A DNA stretch of 61,146 nucleotides, counting the filler, from Malassezia furfur (taxonomy: Eukaryota): assembly GCA_052055015.1 (NCBI GenBank). It is 2 parts of 2 records of this genome, joined end to end, with 100 filler letters (N's around TTAATTAATTAA, not from the genome) between each part and the next. Parts side by side here need not be neighbours in the genome. Positions count along the whole stretch, not along the records: positions 1 to 30,539 come from JBQJIT010000100.1; 1 more part is not named here. One strand, 5' to 3'. The translations under genes were made by a program, and so were the position numbers. The notes below the pieces were generated by a model. That model saw only the letters and a list, made by a program, of their open reading frames with translations, ran no database searches and was not told the DNA's origin. Each line of letters begins with the position of its first letter. The stretch's first letter is position 1. Of this stretch, positions 1-13,575 are shown piece by piece.

Positions 1-1636
1 GCGCCTCGGCCGCGCGCCGCGCCGCCTCGGCTGCACGCGCTTCCGCGTCTTCGCACCGCGTCGCCAGCGTGTCGCGCTCGCGCTGCAGTTCGTGGACGCG
101 CGTGTCGAGGTCGGCGATGCGCTGGGCCTGCACCTCGTCAAACGTGTGGCTCGTGTCGTTGCGCGCCTCGGTCTCGAACGAGGCGAGCAGCTCCTTGCAC
201 CGCCGCAGCTCGTCGGCCTGCACGTCGAGCTGCCGCTGCACGCGGAGCAGCGCCGTGGTCTTGTCACGCAGCTCGGACGCAAGGCTCGACTCCTTCTCGG
301 TGCCGTGCTGCGTCTGGCGCTCGAGGTCGACGTTGGCGGTGCGCAGCTGCTCCATCGAGTGCGTCAGCCCTTCGATGCGCGCGGCCAGGCCCATGATCGT
401 GCCGCGCAGCGTCGAGACGTACGTCGGCAGTGTCTCATACGTGAGCGCCGGCACATCGGGCGTCGGCACGCGCGTCTCGGCGTTCGCCGCCGCAACAAAC
501 GCCGCGTGCTCGTCGGTCGGCACACCGTCGTGCAGGAGGCGGAGCCTGTGTCAGCCACACCCACGTACCACTGTGCATGCTGCGCCTCGAGCGCATGCAC
601 CGCATCGTCCTTGCGCAGGAGCTCTTGCTGCAGCGCATCCATACGCTGCACCTTGGCCTCCAGGCCGCGGTTCGCCTCGCGCAGGATCTCGGTCTGCTCG
701 CACGCGGCCATGAGCCGCGCGTTGTCGGCCGTAAGCCGCTGGTGTGCCGCCTCGAGGCGCTCGACAGCGGTGATGTGTTCTGCGTGAGGTGGGCAACGTA
801 CGGCTGAGCTCCGCCTTGAGGGCGTCCACGGCCTCGTCGGCGGCGGGAGCCGCGGGCGGCGCTTCGGGCGCCGCGGCATGTGCTCGCGCCTGTGCGGCAT
901 CCGCCCGCGCCTGCTCGGCGTCCGATCGCGCGTCGATGAGCTCGGCCTGCAGCTCCGACTGCCGCGTATGCGCACGGCTCTCGGCGTCGCGCAGTGCGGC
1001 GCGCAGCGTGTGCGTGGTATCCTGGTGCTGCAGCGATTCGGCGCGCAGCTGCGCCAGCTGTGCCTCGAGCGTGCGCTGGGTGTGCGCCCACGCGTCCTCC
1101 TTGGCGCGCTGGGCGGCACGCTCGGCCTCCCACTCGCGTGCGGCCTCGGCGCGCTGGTGCTTGAGTGCCTCGAGCTCGCGCGACTGGGTGCGCAACTGCG
1201 ACTCGAATTGCTTGTACGCGCGCTGCTCCTCGGCAAGGCGGCGGTCGTACTCGGTGCGCAGCATCGTCAGCTCGTACGACGCGCCCGACGGCGACTCGGC
1301 GGCCGCGGGGGGCAGCGGCGTGCGCTTCGGCGTCTCGCGCGGCGTCGCGTGCGCGGGCGTGTCGGGCAGGCCCGTCGACGAGAAGGAGCGCTTCCCGAGG
1401 CCCGCGGCATCGTGCGCAGCGTCGGCACGCCGCGGTGTCGAGTGCGTGCGCGACAAGTTGCGGTACGCCCCGAGAGGGCCGCTCACGGCGGCAGGCACAC
1501 TCGGCGTGCGCCGCACGCTCTGGGGCGTGCGCCGCATCGGCACAGGCAGCGAGGTGCCCAGCGCCGACGCGGTGCGCCGCACAGGCGCCACGCGCGTCTG
1601 CGGCGTCGACACGGGGCTCGGCCGCTCGTCGCTCAT
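1..1636 (-). CDS. MAD1: Spindle assembly checkpoint protein Mad1-like coiled-coil protein, 3' end runs off the window; introns 780-801 (22 nt) and 546-568 (23 nt)
   Basis: ATG at 1636. Removing two GTACGT..CAG micro-introns joins three frames into a continuous coiled-coil protein (…AELSQHITAVERLE…EILREANRGLEAKVQRMDALQQELL…AQWLRLL…) resembling the Mad1 central region. The frame stays open to the window edge. Confidence 0.7.
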
Positions 1637-1739
1637 CGTCGCGGTCGGGGCGTCTGGCGCGGGACCACGTGGCATACAGGCGAGGCATTTCCAACAACTA
1701 CTATACACGGGGGGCTACCTGGCGCACGCGCGCATCGCC

Positions 1740-3005
1740 CTACGCAACCACGGCGCTCGACGCGAGGTGCGGCACGCCGCCCCAGAACACGTTCGGCGGC
1801 GACGTTGGGCGCGGCGAGGGGCTCACGTCCTTGCGCGTGTTGGGCACCAGCGTCGCACCGGGCGCCGACAGCCGCGGCGACGCATAAGACGCAGGCGCCG
1901 CGTCGCTGTCCTGCGTGCGCTGCAGCGCACCCAGCAACTTGGACACGTCGACGGCGCTTGTGCTGCGCGCCTGGTGCGCACGCACCTCGTTTGCGAGCTC
2001 GGTGTTTTGCAGGCGCAGACTCGCGACCTGGTCACGCAGGTTGTCGATAAGCTTGTCGCGCTCCTGCACCTGTTCCTCGAGCAGCGTGATGTATTCCTTC
2101 CGCCGGTTGCGGAAGTTGCGCGCCGAGATTTTGTTGCGCAGCTGCCGCTTTTCCTTGCTCGACAGCTTGTTGTATTCTTCGGCAGACGGCCGCCAGCTGT
2201 CCGCCTCGGGGCTGACGCTGCGCGCATCCATCTTGGGCGCGCGCGCCGGCGACGCGGTGCGGTCCAGACGCATCGGCGTAAACGCCGTAAAGGTCGGCGC
2301 ATTCGACGCCTCCGGCTGCTCGGCGATCGGCTCGAGCGCCGGCGCCTCGCGCTTGATCGGCGACACGGCTTCGGTGGCGGGCATGGGCGCAAAGAGCTGC
2401 TGTGTACCCGTCTCCTCTGGCGCCTCTGCCGGCGCCGGTGGCCCCGCAGGGAGCACGAGCTGAGGGTTGATCGCCTCGGGCGATGCCGAGGGCGCCGCTT
2501 GTGGCGGTGCGTCGCGGAACGCGTTCATCGTCTCAAACGACACCTCGCTCGAGGGCGCGATCGGGTCGAGGAAGGGCGGGACAAACAGCGACGAGCTATC
2601 CGCCTCGCCACCCTCGTCACCAAAGTCGAGGTTGAGCAGGTTCGAGGTAAAGTCGCGCGCGTCGTCGACGTCGCTCACGTCCCAGTCGTCCACGGGGCTG
2701 CGCCCGCCGTCGACACTGGCGGGTGGCGTGAGCGCCGCAGCGTCCCAGTTCACCGCATCGGCCGCGTTCTCGGCGAGCGACGGCATCGGCGCCTGCGACG
2801 ACGCAGCGGCCTCGCGCTGCTTTTGGACAAGCGGGTAGTGCTGCTTGACGAGACGGTCCAGCAGCGCCGAGTCCGGCGCGGGACCTAGCTTTTGTAGCTC
2901 CATACTCAGGTGGTATCGCTGATCGGTTAGCCGACGCACGGGCTCGGCGTCACGTACAAAGAGCTCTTCCTGTGATGCCTCCAGGCTAGGCGGGATCGAG
3001 GACAT
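1740..3005 (-). CDS. bZIP transcription factor
   Basis: Basic region KLSSKEKRQLRNKISARNFRNRRKEYI followed by a leucine zipper (LEEQV…LRDQV…LRLQN…L). Start taken at MSSIPP (ATG 3005). Confidence 0.85.
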   Translation of the reverse strand: MSSIPPSLEASQEELFVRDAEPVRRLTDQRYHLSMELQKLGPAPDSALLDRLVKQHYPLVQKQREAAASSQAPMPSLAENAADAVNWDAAALTPPASVDGGRSPVDDWDVSDVDDARDFTSNLLNLDFGDEGGEADSSSLFVPPFLDPIAPSSEVSFETMNAFRDAPPQAAPSASPEAINPQLVLPAGPPAPAEAPEETGTQQLFAPMPATEAVSPIKREAPALEPIAEQPEASNAPTFTAFTPMRLDRTASPARAPKMDARSVSPEADSWRPSAEEYNKLSSKEKRQLRNKISARNFRNRRKEYITLLEEQVQERDKLIDNLRDQVASLRLQNTELANEVRAHQARSTSAVDVSKLLGALQRTQDSDAAPASYASPRLSAPGATLVPNTRKDVSPSPRPTSPPNVFWGGVPHLASSAVVA

Positions 3006-3324
3006 GGTGTGCGTGTACGTGTGCAAGCTGGATGATGGTTCAGATGGATATGCAACCGAAGTTCGGTGGCGATCAACGGTCATGGCGATCGGTGGACAAG
3101 AAAGGAGCGACCCGAGCGACCCGATTTGAGGCGGTGATTATGACGCCACCGCTGCGGAGAGACCGATTGGCGTGCGGGCGTGGGTCCGCAAGTGGAGGCA
3201 CAGGTGTTCGATTTCCATTCGCTTCGGTGTGGGGTCGCGTGCAAACAACACATGGCAGGGACCTAATAGGTCGTGTTCGAATCGCGCCGCGACTTCTGCA
3301 CAATCTCCGGCGTGCATAGCCCTT

Positions 3325-3758
3325 ATGGCCGAGCTCCAGCAAGAGAAGCGGCAGCTGAGCATCAAGACAGGCGTCGTGCGCCGGTACGTAGCAGCACCGC
3401 TCACACAGCCTGTCGAAAGAGTACTGGATGTACAAGCAGGAGGCCAAGGAGCAGGAGCTCGTCGTGGAAAAGTACCTCGCCGAGCACCGCGAGCCCCACG
3501 AAATTCGCAAGCAGGTACGCAGCGCACACTCACCACGCAGGAAGAGATCCTCAAGGACTGCGCACAGATGGTGCCAGACACACGCCGCCGCCTCGCGGAT
3601 GGCGTGTCGGACCTCGATGCATACATGGTACGTCGCGCCGGCCTCTCGGCCCCACCGTTCCCACTTACACCTAGCACGGGCTGAGCGACGAGGCCAAAAA
3701 CACCGAAGAGTACCGCGCTGCGGTGCAGGCGCTCGACACCGCCAAGAACGACGAGTAG
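3325..3758 (+). CDS. RBL2: Tubulin-binding cofactor A (TBCA/Rbl2); introns 3384-3408, 3515-3540, 3628-3674
   Basis: Spliced product MAELQQEKRQLSIKTGVVRRLSKEYWMYKQEAKEQE…EIRKQEEILKDCAQMVPDTRRRL… matches the TBCA signature (L.IKTGVV.RL.KE…KQ..IL.E…M.PD..RRL). Confidence 0.9.
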
Positions 3759-3860
3759 GCAAGCACGACACCGTCCATAGCCCGTCCACCGCGCGCCGCG
3801 CGCCACGCTCCACTCGGCTGGTCCGAGCGGTGTGGAGGCGTCGTCGTCCACTCTCCCACC

Positions 3861-5394
3861 ATGGCGCCCCCTTCGATGCAGGTCTGTTTCCTGGGCACCA
3901 GCACCACGCCGGTGCCCACACGGAACTATTCGAGGTGCGTATCATGCATACCAACATAGCCTGCTCGTCAAAATCGACCGCGACGCCGTGATGGTGTACG
4001 TGCGAGACTCCTGACCTCAGCGACTGCGGCGAAGGCACCCAGCGCCAGCTCTTCACCCCCAGCGTGCACACAGATACCAAGCTGTCCAACATCCATACCA
4101 TCCTTATCACGCATCTGCATCCCGATCGTACGTCGTCGCACACTCATCAGACCTGCTCGGCCTCGTGCCGATGATGTTCACCATGATGGGCCTTAGCGCA
4201 CCACCGCCGCGCAACGGCGGGCCGCGTTTGGAGATCTACGGGCCGCTCGGCTTACGCGCACACCTCCGCACGACGCTGGCAACCTGCTATGCATCGCTTA
4301 GCAGCAACTATGTCGTGCACGAGCTCCTCTGGCCCGACCAGCCGGCGTACCCCCACGAGCTGCCACCCGAAGCTGCACCCGTGTTCCGTTACGTCGAGGG
4401 CGATCCGACGCTACCCGAGGGCGTACGTGGCCAAGAACGCATCCTGCCGCTCATGCCGCCACATGCCAACGAGCTACCGGGGCGCAACATCCGCATGGAC
4501 CCGGCGACGTGCACATGGCCCGACGTCGCGACGCTGGCGTTCGCCGGCAACGTACACCTGAGCGCGGCACCGATCACGCACCGGTGTCCAGCGATCGGAT
4601 ACGTGTTTCAGGAGCCGCCGAGCGCGTCGCAGTCTATCTCTCCACGCGATCTGGCGCAGCTTGACTCGAACACCGAGGCGCTCTTCCACCAGCAGGGCAT
4701 CCGCAACCCTCGCGTCCTGCTCAAGTCGCTGCTGCGCGACCGAACGCCGCTGCAGCTCCCTGACGGTACGACGCTGCACCCACCCGCCCTCGACCGGCCG
4801 GGGCGCAAGCTGTGCATCCTGGGCGACACGAGCGACGCAAGTGCCGACCTGGTTGCGTTCGACGACGCAGGCCACGCAACGGAGCCCTTGCGTGGGATGC
4901 TGCATCTTGCGCGCGACGCAGACCTGCTTGTCCACGAGTGCACGTACGCATCTATGCGCCCCGAAGACGTGGCGCTCGCACGCACCGTGTCGGATGCGCA
5001 CGCGCTCATGCTCACAGCGAACCTGCTCGACGTCGACGAGGCCGAAACGCGTGCCGTGTCGCGAGGGCACTCGACGCCGCGGATCGTCGGCACATTCGCA
5101 GGGAAGATCGGTGCACGCAACGTCGCGTTGAATCACTTTTCGGCGCGCATTCCCGCACCCTACACGGCCACGCACGCGCCGCTCACGAGCGAGTCGCAGC
5201 TGGCGCAAAACAAGCACTACGAAGAGTCGGTGCAGCGCTTCCATGTGATGCGCGAAATTGAGCGCCAGGTCACGCGGTTCTGGCATGACACGATGCAGCG
5301 CACCCTCGGTGACAGGCTGGGCGCCTCGCGCGCGACAGCCGCGTACGACGGGCTCGTGCTCGACGTCGCGCCGCGCCCTGCCGCATCTTCGTAG
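3861..5394 (+). CDS. Short-form tRNase Z (ElaC/ELAC1-like metallo-beta-lactamase); introns 3935-3959, 3996-4020, 4128-4150
   Basis: Spliced N-terminus contains FLGT..P.PTRNYSS, DCGEGTQRQ and ITHLHPDH (His motif restored only after removing the 23-nt intron). Downstream motifs are HR.P..GY, GDT, HECT, HST and NHFSAR. Confidence 0.88.
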
Positions 5395-5434
5395 ACACCT
5401 CCACCTTCCATCCCCCACCCTCCACCGTTCGAAG

Positions 5435-7093
5435 ATGCGCGCGGGCGCCGAGGCCACCAAGCGTCCGTACGACACGGACGCAGGGCACGTGCGCAGCGAT
5501 GAGGCAGACCTGGAGGAGATGCATGAGCCAGACTATGAACGGCTCATCGAGGAGCGCAGGAAGCGCCGGCGTGCGATCCTCGAGAAACACGCCGCTGGCG
5601 CGCAAGGGGTGGACGCGGAAGCGCCTCAGGTCGCGTCCTCTGCGCCACATGCCGCCGACAGCGCGCCGTCCAAGGCTGAAGGTGCAGACCATACGCCCGA
5701 CGGCGCATCCCAAATGACTGACAGCGCCGCGCAGCGCAGAAGCCCAGCGCCGTTTGCGCTCAACAAAGATGCACAAGATTCAGCTGTGCTTGCGCAGCGC
5801 GACTCGGCACATGATGCGGCAGCTGTCGCCCCCGAAGATGCGTCGGGCATTGCGCCACCGCAGCCACATGGAATGGAGGCGGACGACGATGAATACATCG
5901 AGATCGAAGTTGAAGACGACGAGTCTGTGGACGACATGTTTAACTTGGATGACACCCCCCGTCCCAAAAAGACGATCCGCGTGCGCAAAGACGCCGCGCC
6001 ACTCGAGACACGCAAGCTGAATCCCGTTGCTGCGGCGCAGGCGACGGGCGCGGGGCTGCAGGACAACTGGGACGACCCAGACGGTTACTACCGCGTGATC
6101 CTCGGCGAGAAGCTCGATGGAGGGCGCTACCAGGTGTTTGCAATCCTCGGGCGTGGCATGTTTTCGGGGGTGGTGCGTGCACGCGACTTGCATGACAATG
6201 GGCGCGAGGTCGCTATCAAAATTGCCCGGAGCCAAGAAACCATGTTTAAGGCCGGCATGAAAGAAATCGGGTACCTCGAACAGCTCGCTGCGAAAGACCC
6301 CGAGGACAAGAAGCATGTCGTGCGTCTGTACCGCCACTTTATGCATCGTGGCCACCTTTGCATGGTGTTTGAGTCGCTCAGCCTCAATCTGCGCGAGATC
6401 GTGAAGCGCTTCGGCAAGGACGTCGGCCTCAACCTCCAGGCAGTGCGGGCGTACATGCAACAGGCGCTGCTCGCACTTGCGCTGCTTCGGCAAGAGAACT
6501 TGATCCACGCAGACATTAAGCCCGACAACATCATGGTCAACGACGCAAAAACGCTGCTCAAGCTGTGCGACTTAGGGTCGGCATCGAGCACGAACGAGAT
6601 GGAAATCACGCCCTACCTCGTAAGTCGCTTCTACCGCGCTCCGGAAATCATCCTGGGTCAACCGTACGGGTGCGAGATCGACATGTGGTCGATGGGGTGC
6701 ACGCTCTATGAGCTCGCTACGGGGAAGATTCTGTTCCCTGGCAAGACGAACAACCACATGCTGCTCCTCATGCAACAGCTCAAGGGGCGGCCCACGACCA
6801 AGCAGCTAAAGAAAAGCCAGTTTGCTGCACAGCACTTTGAGGACAACCACACGTTCCTTAGCATCGAGACAGACAAGAGCACGGGCCAAGAGATCGTTCG
6901 GCGCGTGAATACAAGTCAGCCGATGGATACGATGCGCGCGCATCTGCTCCCCGGAGATACGGCCAAGCAGCTAAGCGCTGACGAGCTGCGGCGCACGCAA
7001 AACCTCATCGACCTGCTCAACCGCATGCTCGAGCTCGACCCCGCAAAGCGGATTACGCCGCTCGAGGCGCTTGCGCATCCGTTTGTCCGGTAG
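5435..7093 (+). CDS. PRP4: PRP4-family (CMGC/DYRK-like) pre-mRNA splicing kinase
   Basis: DNWDDPDGYYR, GRGMFSGV, HADIKPDN, CDLGSAS…EITPYLVSRFYRAPE are characteristic of Prp4 kinase. Confidence 0.93.
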   Translation: MRAGAEATKRPYDTDAGHVRSDEADLEEMHEPDYERLIEERRKRRRAILEKHAAGAQGVDAEAPQVASSAPHAADSAPSKAEGADHTPDGASQMTDSAAQRRSPAPFALNKDAQDSAVLAQRDSAHDAAAVAPEDASGIAPPQPHGMEADDDEYIEIEVEDDESVDDMFNLDDTPRPKKTIRVRKDAAPLETRKLNPVAAAQATGAGLQDNWDDPDGYYRVILGEKLDGGRYQVFAILGRGMFSGVVRARDLHDNGREVAIKIARSQETMFKAGMKEIGYLEQLAAKDPEDKKHVVRLYRHFMHRGHLCMVFESLSLNLREIVKRFGKDVGLNLQAVRAYMQQALLALALLRQENLIHADIKPDNIMVNDAKTLLKLCDLGSASSTNEMEITPYLVSRFYRAPEIILGQPYGCEIDMWSMGCTLYELATGKILFPGKTNNHMLLLMQQLKGRPTTKQLKKSQFAAQHFEDNHTFLSIETDKSTGQEIVRRVNTSQPMDTMRAHLLPGDTAKQLSADELRRTQNLIDLLNRMLELDPAKRITPLEALAHPFVR

Positions 7094-9238
<2,145 letters not shown>

Positions 9239-9288
9239 TAGGTGTGGAACCGCGCACCGTGTGGAGGCGCACCGTACGCGTCGTCCGC

Positions 9289-10936
9289 ATGCGCCTCGTG
9301 TGCTGGAATGTGAACGGGCTGCGCACCTTGAAGGGCTTCCAGCCGTGGTATGCACTGCCTTCATGGGAGGCGTGCCTCGAGGAGCTCCGCGCAGATATGG
9401 CGTGTTTCCAGGAGATGAAAATGACGCGCAAACAGCTGCAGCACAGCATGTGCGTCATGGACGCCTACGAGGCTTTCTACGACTTGCACCCGTCCAAGGG
9501 CTACTCGGGCACAGCTACATATGTCCGCAAGGACGTGTGCATGCCGTTGAAAGCTGAGCGTGGGATCACGGGACAGCACGACGGGATCGGCGGCGAGGCC
9601 GTTCAGACACGGAACGGACTGCCGCCCGAGCTGTACACCGCGCTCGACGCCGAGGGTCGCAGCGTCGTGCTCGATTGCGGCTTCTTTGTGCTAATCAACG
9701 TGTATGCACCGAACGAGACAGGGCCCGAGCGCGTCGAGTACAAGTACGTCGTAGAGCGACTCACCCAGAATGGCGTTTTACCATGCGCTGGAAGAACGCG
9801 TGCGCCTGCTCATTGAACGTGGGCGCGAAGTGGTCGTGGTGGGCGACATGAACGTTGTTGCGCACCCTATCGACCACTGCGAGGGTGCGATCTTGTCCGG
9901 AACCGAACAGGCCGAATTTATGACCCACCCCGCCCGCTCATGGTTCCAGGCGCTGCTGGCGCCGCGCACGGGCATCTTGGTGGATGTCACACGCGCCCTG
10001 CACCCGCATCGCGAGAAGATGTACACCTGTTGGAACACGCTCATCGATGCGCGCCCGGCCAACTATGGTACACGCCTCGACTATATCCTTCTGACCCCCG
10101 GCCTGGTGCCATGGGTCGCTGCGGCAGACATCCAGCCGCAGATCTACGGCTCGGACCATTGCCCAGTCTTCCTCGAGCTGCACGATACGCGCTGCATCGA
10201 TGGGAAGGACGTCCGGCTTGCAGACATGCTCCATGGGCAAAAAGGCGCAGACCCTGGGCCTGTGCTGCGCCAAGCTGCCTCGCAGTATGACGAGTTCAGT
10301 TTGCGCACGCAACCCAAGCTGCTTGCCATGTTCCGTGCACAGACCGATACCCAGAACGAGAGCAAGAAACGGAAGGCAGAGGGCTCGGAGCCATCGTCGA
10401 CAGCGACTCCCTCAGCGTCGTCGTCGGCGCCGTCGCAGTCCCCAACGCGATCGATACCCAAAACCGCGCCCAAAGCCCCCGTGACGTCGCCAGCCAAGCG
10501 CCGTGCCTCGGCCAAAGCGGGGAAACCCGACCAACCGAGCCTGAAGCACTTCTTCCGAAAGCCGGCACCCACGCCCAGCCCGCAGCCGAGTGAGACACGC
10601 GCTGAGGAACCACCGGCTCCGGCTGAACCACCGGCCTTCGACGAGGCTCTACTCATCCCAACGACGCGTGAGCGACCGAACGAGGCGGCGGCCCAGTGGA
10701 ATACGTTGTTTACACCGCATCCCCCGCCACTCTGTAACGTGCACCGTGAGCCGGCCAAGTCGTGGATCGTCAACAAGCCCGGCATCAACCAAGGCAGGAA
10801 ATTCTGGCTGTGCTCCCGCCCCGTGGGGCCAGGGTACCAGAACAAAAAGGGTATGGATGCCGCGAACACGGCATATCGATGCGACTATTTTGCGTGGGAC
10901 TTGGACGTGAAGCGGAGACAGCCAAAACCGCGCTAG
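9289..10936 (+). CDS. APN2: AP endonuclease 2 (Apn2/APE2) with C-terminal GRF zinc finger; intron 9744-9768
   Basis: WNVNGLR, FQEMK, GYSG, GDMNV, YTCWNT, RLDY, GSDHCPV; PIP-like QPSLKHFF; C..H.EP….VNKPG.N.G..FW.C zf-GRF. Confidence 0.93.
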
Positions 10937-12156
10937 TCCAGTGGCCATTTGGCAACGACATGGGGTGAGGTATCGGTCGTGCGTGTGTCCCAATACAGAT
11001 GACCAGCCCACGCAATCATCGCTGCGTTGTCCACGCACAGGGACAGGGGAGGGAAGTGGAGCTTGGCATCCGGACGCCCGTAGGTGTCGAGCGCCTCACG
11101 CAGGCGCGTACGGAGATACGCATTCGATGCGACGCCTCCGCTGCAGACTACGCTCGTGATCGTCAGGGGATCGACTGACGACGAATCCGCAAGGCGCCAT
11201 CCTTTAGAAAGGCGTTTTGGCGGATGTGTGCCTGCCATGGCGCGCACGACCTTGTCTTCGAGCTGTGCAAAGGCCGCTTGCTGAAACTCGAGCGCCAAGG
11301 CGGCTTTGGTACCCTCAGACATGTGGGCGCTGCCGCCCAGTCGCTCGATGGCACGCGTCGCCGCCGACTTTAGGCCAGAACTGCGTGAGTCGTAGCACGT
11401 ACTAAGAGAAGCTCGGCATGCCGAGCACGATGCGCGGCAATGACTCGGGTGAGCTCTCCGAGGCGCGCGCCGCCAGCGTCTCGACCAGGGCACCAGGCGC
11501 ACTCTGCCAGCCCAGGTCCAGTGCACGGGCGAATTTGTCAAAGGTGTTTCCCACTGAATCATCCAGTGTAGTCGCCAGGATCTGGAAATGGTGCAGCGAG
11601 TGCGCAAGCACCAGCTGTGTGTGACCTCCTGACACCAGCAGCGTCAAGAAGGGTAAGGCGGGCGGCGATGCTTCAGTGAGAAGCGGTGTCAGTGCGTGGG
11701 CTGTGTGAGCATGTAGGTGCAACCCACCTCGCATGTGATGAATGTACACGATGGGTTTGCCAAGTACCGTACTGAGGGTCTTACCCGCGGCCATGCCGAC
11801 AGCGAGGCATCCTGGCATGCCTGGACCACGCGTCACAGCAATGCCATCCAAATCTTGGTACGAAACCTTGGCTTGCTCCAGTGCGCACGCTATTGCCATA
11901 GGAACGTTTGTGTGGTGTCCTCGTGCTGCATGGAGCGGATGAATGCCCTGCGTATCGGTATGGTCCTGCTTCAGCACCACAGAAGACAGGATCTGACGGT
12001 CGGACGTGACGACCGAGGCACAGGAGTCATCGCACGAGCTTCGGTGAGCAGATACGCCTACCTTTCAATCCCTAGAAGAATGCGTGGCCGCGCCAAAGAG
12101 CCATAGAGCCGCGCGCCGCTTTGCCGCACGCCCGCTACGCGAACCAGGAGTCGCAT
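10933..12156 (-). CDS. QRI7: Mitochondrial tRNA N6-threonylcarbamoyltransferase (Qri7/OSGEPL1); introns 12039-12061, 11701-11727, 11381-11402
   Basis: Spliced protein contains LGIESSCDDS, AVTRGPG, HHMRAHALT, LLVSGGHT, TLDDSVGNTFDK, FSYSGLKS, GGVASN and DNAAMIAWAG. The N-terminus is Arg-rich and targeting-like. Confidence 0.92.
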
Positions 12157-12216
12157 GCACGCTAAATTTTTTGGCGAGGCTGGTATATCGGGTAATCGGG
12201 CACTACGGCACGCCCC

Positions 12217-13104
12217 CTAAATGTACACCTGGATACAGGAATGGCGGTGACCTGGCTCAGGATGACACCGCTGCTTGCAATGGGAAACGGGGCACGAGAA
12301 AGCGTGCCCTTTGTTCTCGCTCGCATCGTTGGACTCGCCGGCATTAGGCGAGGCTCCGCCTAATCGCGCAACACATCGTCCATCAATCACATGCCCGCAG
12401 GGCAGTGCCCAAATGCGCGTGTCGCCCGTGCCACCGAGAACGAGAGCACTCTTGCATCCTGCACAGATCGGCGTGGTATCTGGAAGTGGCGCGACCGCAT
12501 CTTCGTTGCCTGCCAAGAGTTCCTCCAGGTCGATCGGGGGCTCGACGATGCTCTGCGTAAAGCCAGGTTGGGGCGGTAGAGGGTGGGTCCAGCGGGGATT
12601 GAATCCGCCCTGAAGCGCTGCCCGGCTTAGATCTTTTCCGGCAGTAGGGCGCACATCTGCCCCTTCTGCAGTTGCGTAGGGTCGTAAGAGAGTTTGGGGC
12701 GTCGTCGCATTACGTGACCGTGCAACATAGCGCGAGGCAAGCATGCCAATCCGCTCCAATAGATCATTCCTGGACTGAGACGAGATGCGCGCGCGGTGGC
12801 GTCGGGTATAAGGTCCAGGAGGAATCCCCTCATGGATTCGCTGCGAGGGACGTGCATGACGCACTTCGACGATGCTCGGTAGCGTGGGCGAAGAGGATCG
12901 TCGCTGTGAATTTAAAGAGAATCCCACAACGGAGACCTCATCATCAATGTCAGATTCGTCGAAGAACGCCGCTTGCTGCATGCGCTGAGGTGATGCTGGG
13001 GTAGGACGTGCTCCAGCCGATGCTGAGAGCTCATGAGGCTCCCGGCGCTCGGGGAACGGCGGTGAATCCTCAGTGAGGTCTATTACAGTCCTTGAGTCCG
13101 GCAT
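12217..13104 (-). CDS. RING-like protein with N-terminal SUMO-interacting motif (Slx5/Rfp-like STUbL subunit candidate)
   Basis: VIDLTEDS SIM, a second EVSVVG hydrophobic-acidic patch, and C-terminal CAGC…LPCGHVIDGRC…CPVSHC. Confidence 0.6.
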   Translation of the reverse strand: MPDSRTVIDLTEDSPPFPERREPHELSASAGARPTPASPQRMQQAAFFDESDIDDEVSVVGFSLNSQRRSSSPTLPSIVEVRHARPSQRIHEGIPPGPYTRRHRARISSQSRNDLLERIGMLASRYVARSRNATTPQTLLRPYATAEGADVRPTAGKDLSRAALQGGFNPRWTHPLPPQPGFTQSIVEPPIDLEELLAGNEDAVAPLPDTTPICAGCKSALVLGGTGDTRIWALPCGHVIDGRCVARLGGASPNAGESNDASENKGHAFSCPVSHCKQRCHPEPGHRHSCIQVYI

Positions 13105-13338
13105 AGAAATCGCGGACGAAGAACGCTCCGCATTGAGGCAGACGCCTCCAGAAAACAACGTCGTTGGCCCGGTTCTACGAGACCTGGGCTGGCGGCAACG
13201 CGCCCTTCTTCGGCCGACAACGGCCAAGAAAACAAATTCGCGTTAAAAATGCCCGCGCGCAAACTGCCGTTTTCTTCCCTTGCAACGATCTCGACGAAGT
13301 AAGTGTCTATTTCCCACCCCCCACCCCCCTCTCCATTC

Positions 13339-13452
13339 AAAGGATGATCTTTCTTTCCTTTCCCCGGCCTATGCGACTATGCCGAGACTATAAGGACGCC
13401 TGTTTGCTACAGGCATCTTTCTTGGTGCTTGCCAGCACCGTTTTGTCTGATC
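13339..13452 (+). ncRNA. snR190: Box C/D snoRNA snR190-like, inside intron 13299-13503
   Basis: Box C-like AGGATGA (13341-13347) and box D CTGA (13447-13450). The 5' TTCTTTCC/CTTTCCCCG is complementary to LSU domain V CGGGGAAAGAA. TGTTTGCTA (13401-13409) and CATCTTTC (13414-13421) are complementary to LSU domain I UAGCGAACA…GAAAGAUG. It lies directly upstream of U14, as in the known fungal snR190-U14 cluster. Confidence 0.72.
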
Positions 13453-13575
13453 CCTCCCCCCTTCTCTCCCCTTGTTGCGAAAACAGACACTAACACGCGC
13501 CAGCTTTCACTTCAGATTGCCTGTAAAGCGTTGCCGCAGGCTCTGTCTCTGTGAGGTACGTTGTTGACCAGCCAC

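Noticed and set aside
789..2888. Long antisense or alternative-frame ORFs (e.g. 789-2888, 27124-29175, 28107-30137, 42587-44242, 56904-58580)
   Set aside because: They are shadow ORFs of real genes in GC-rich, codon-biased DNA, Arg/Ala-rich with no recognisable motifs.
1740..3005. bZIP as Hac1/Cib1 with an unconventional Ire1 intron
   Set aside because: The basic region does not match the Hac1 type as I recall it, the ORF is continuous, and I found no paired CNG'CNG stem-loops.
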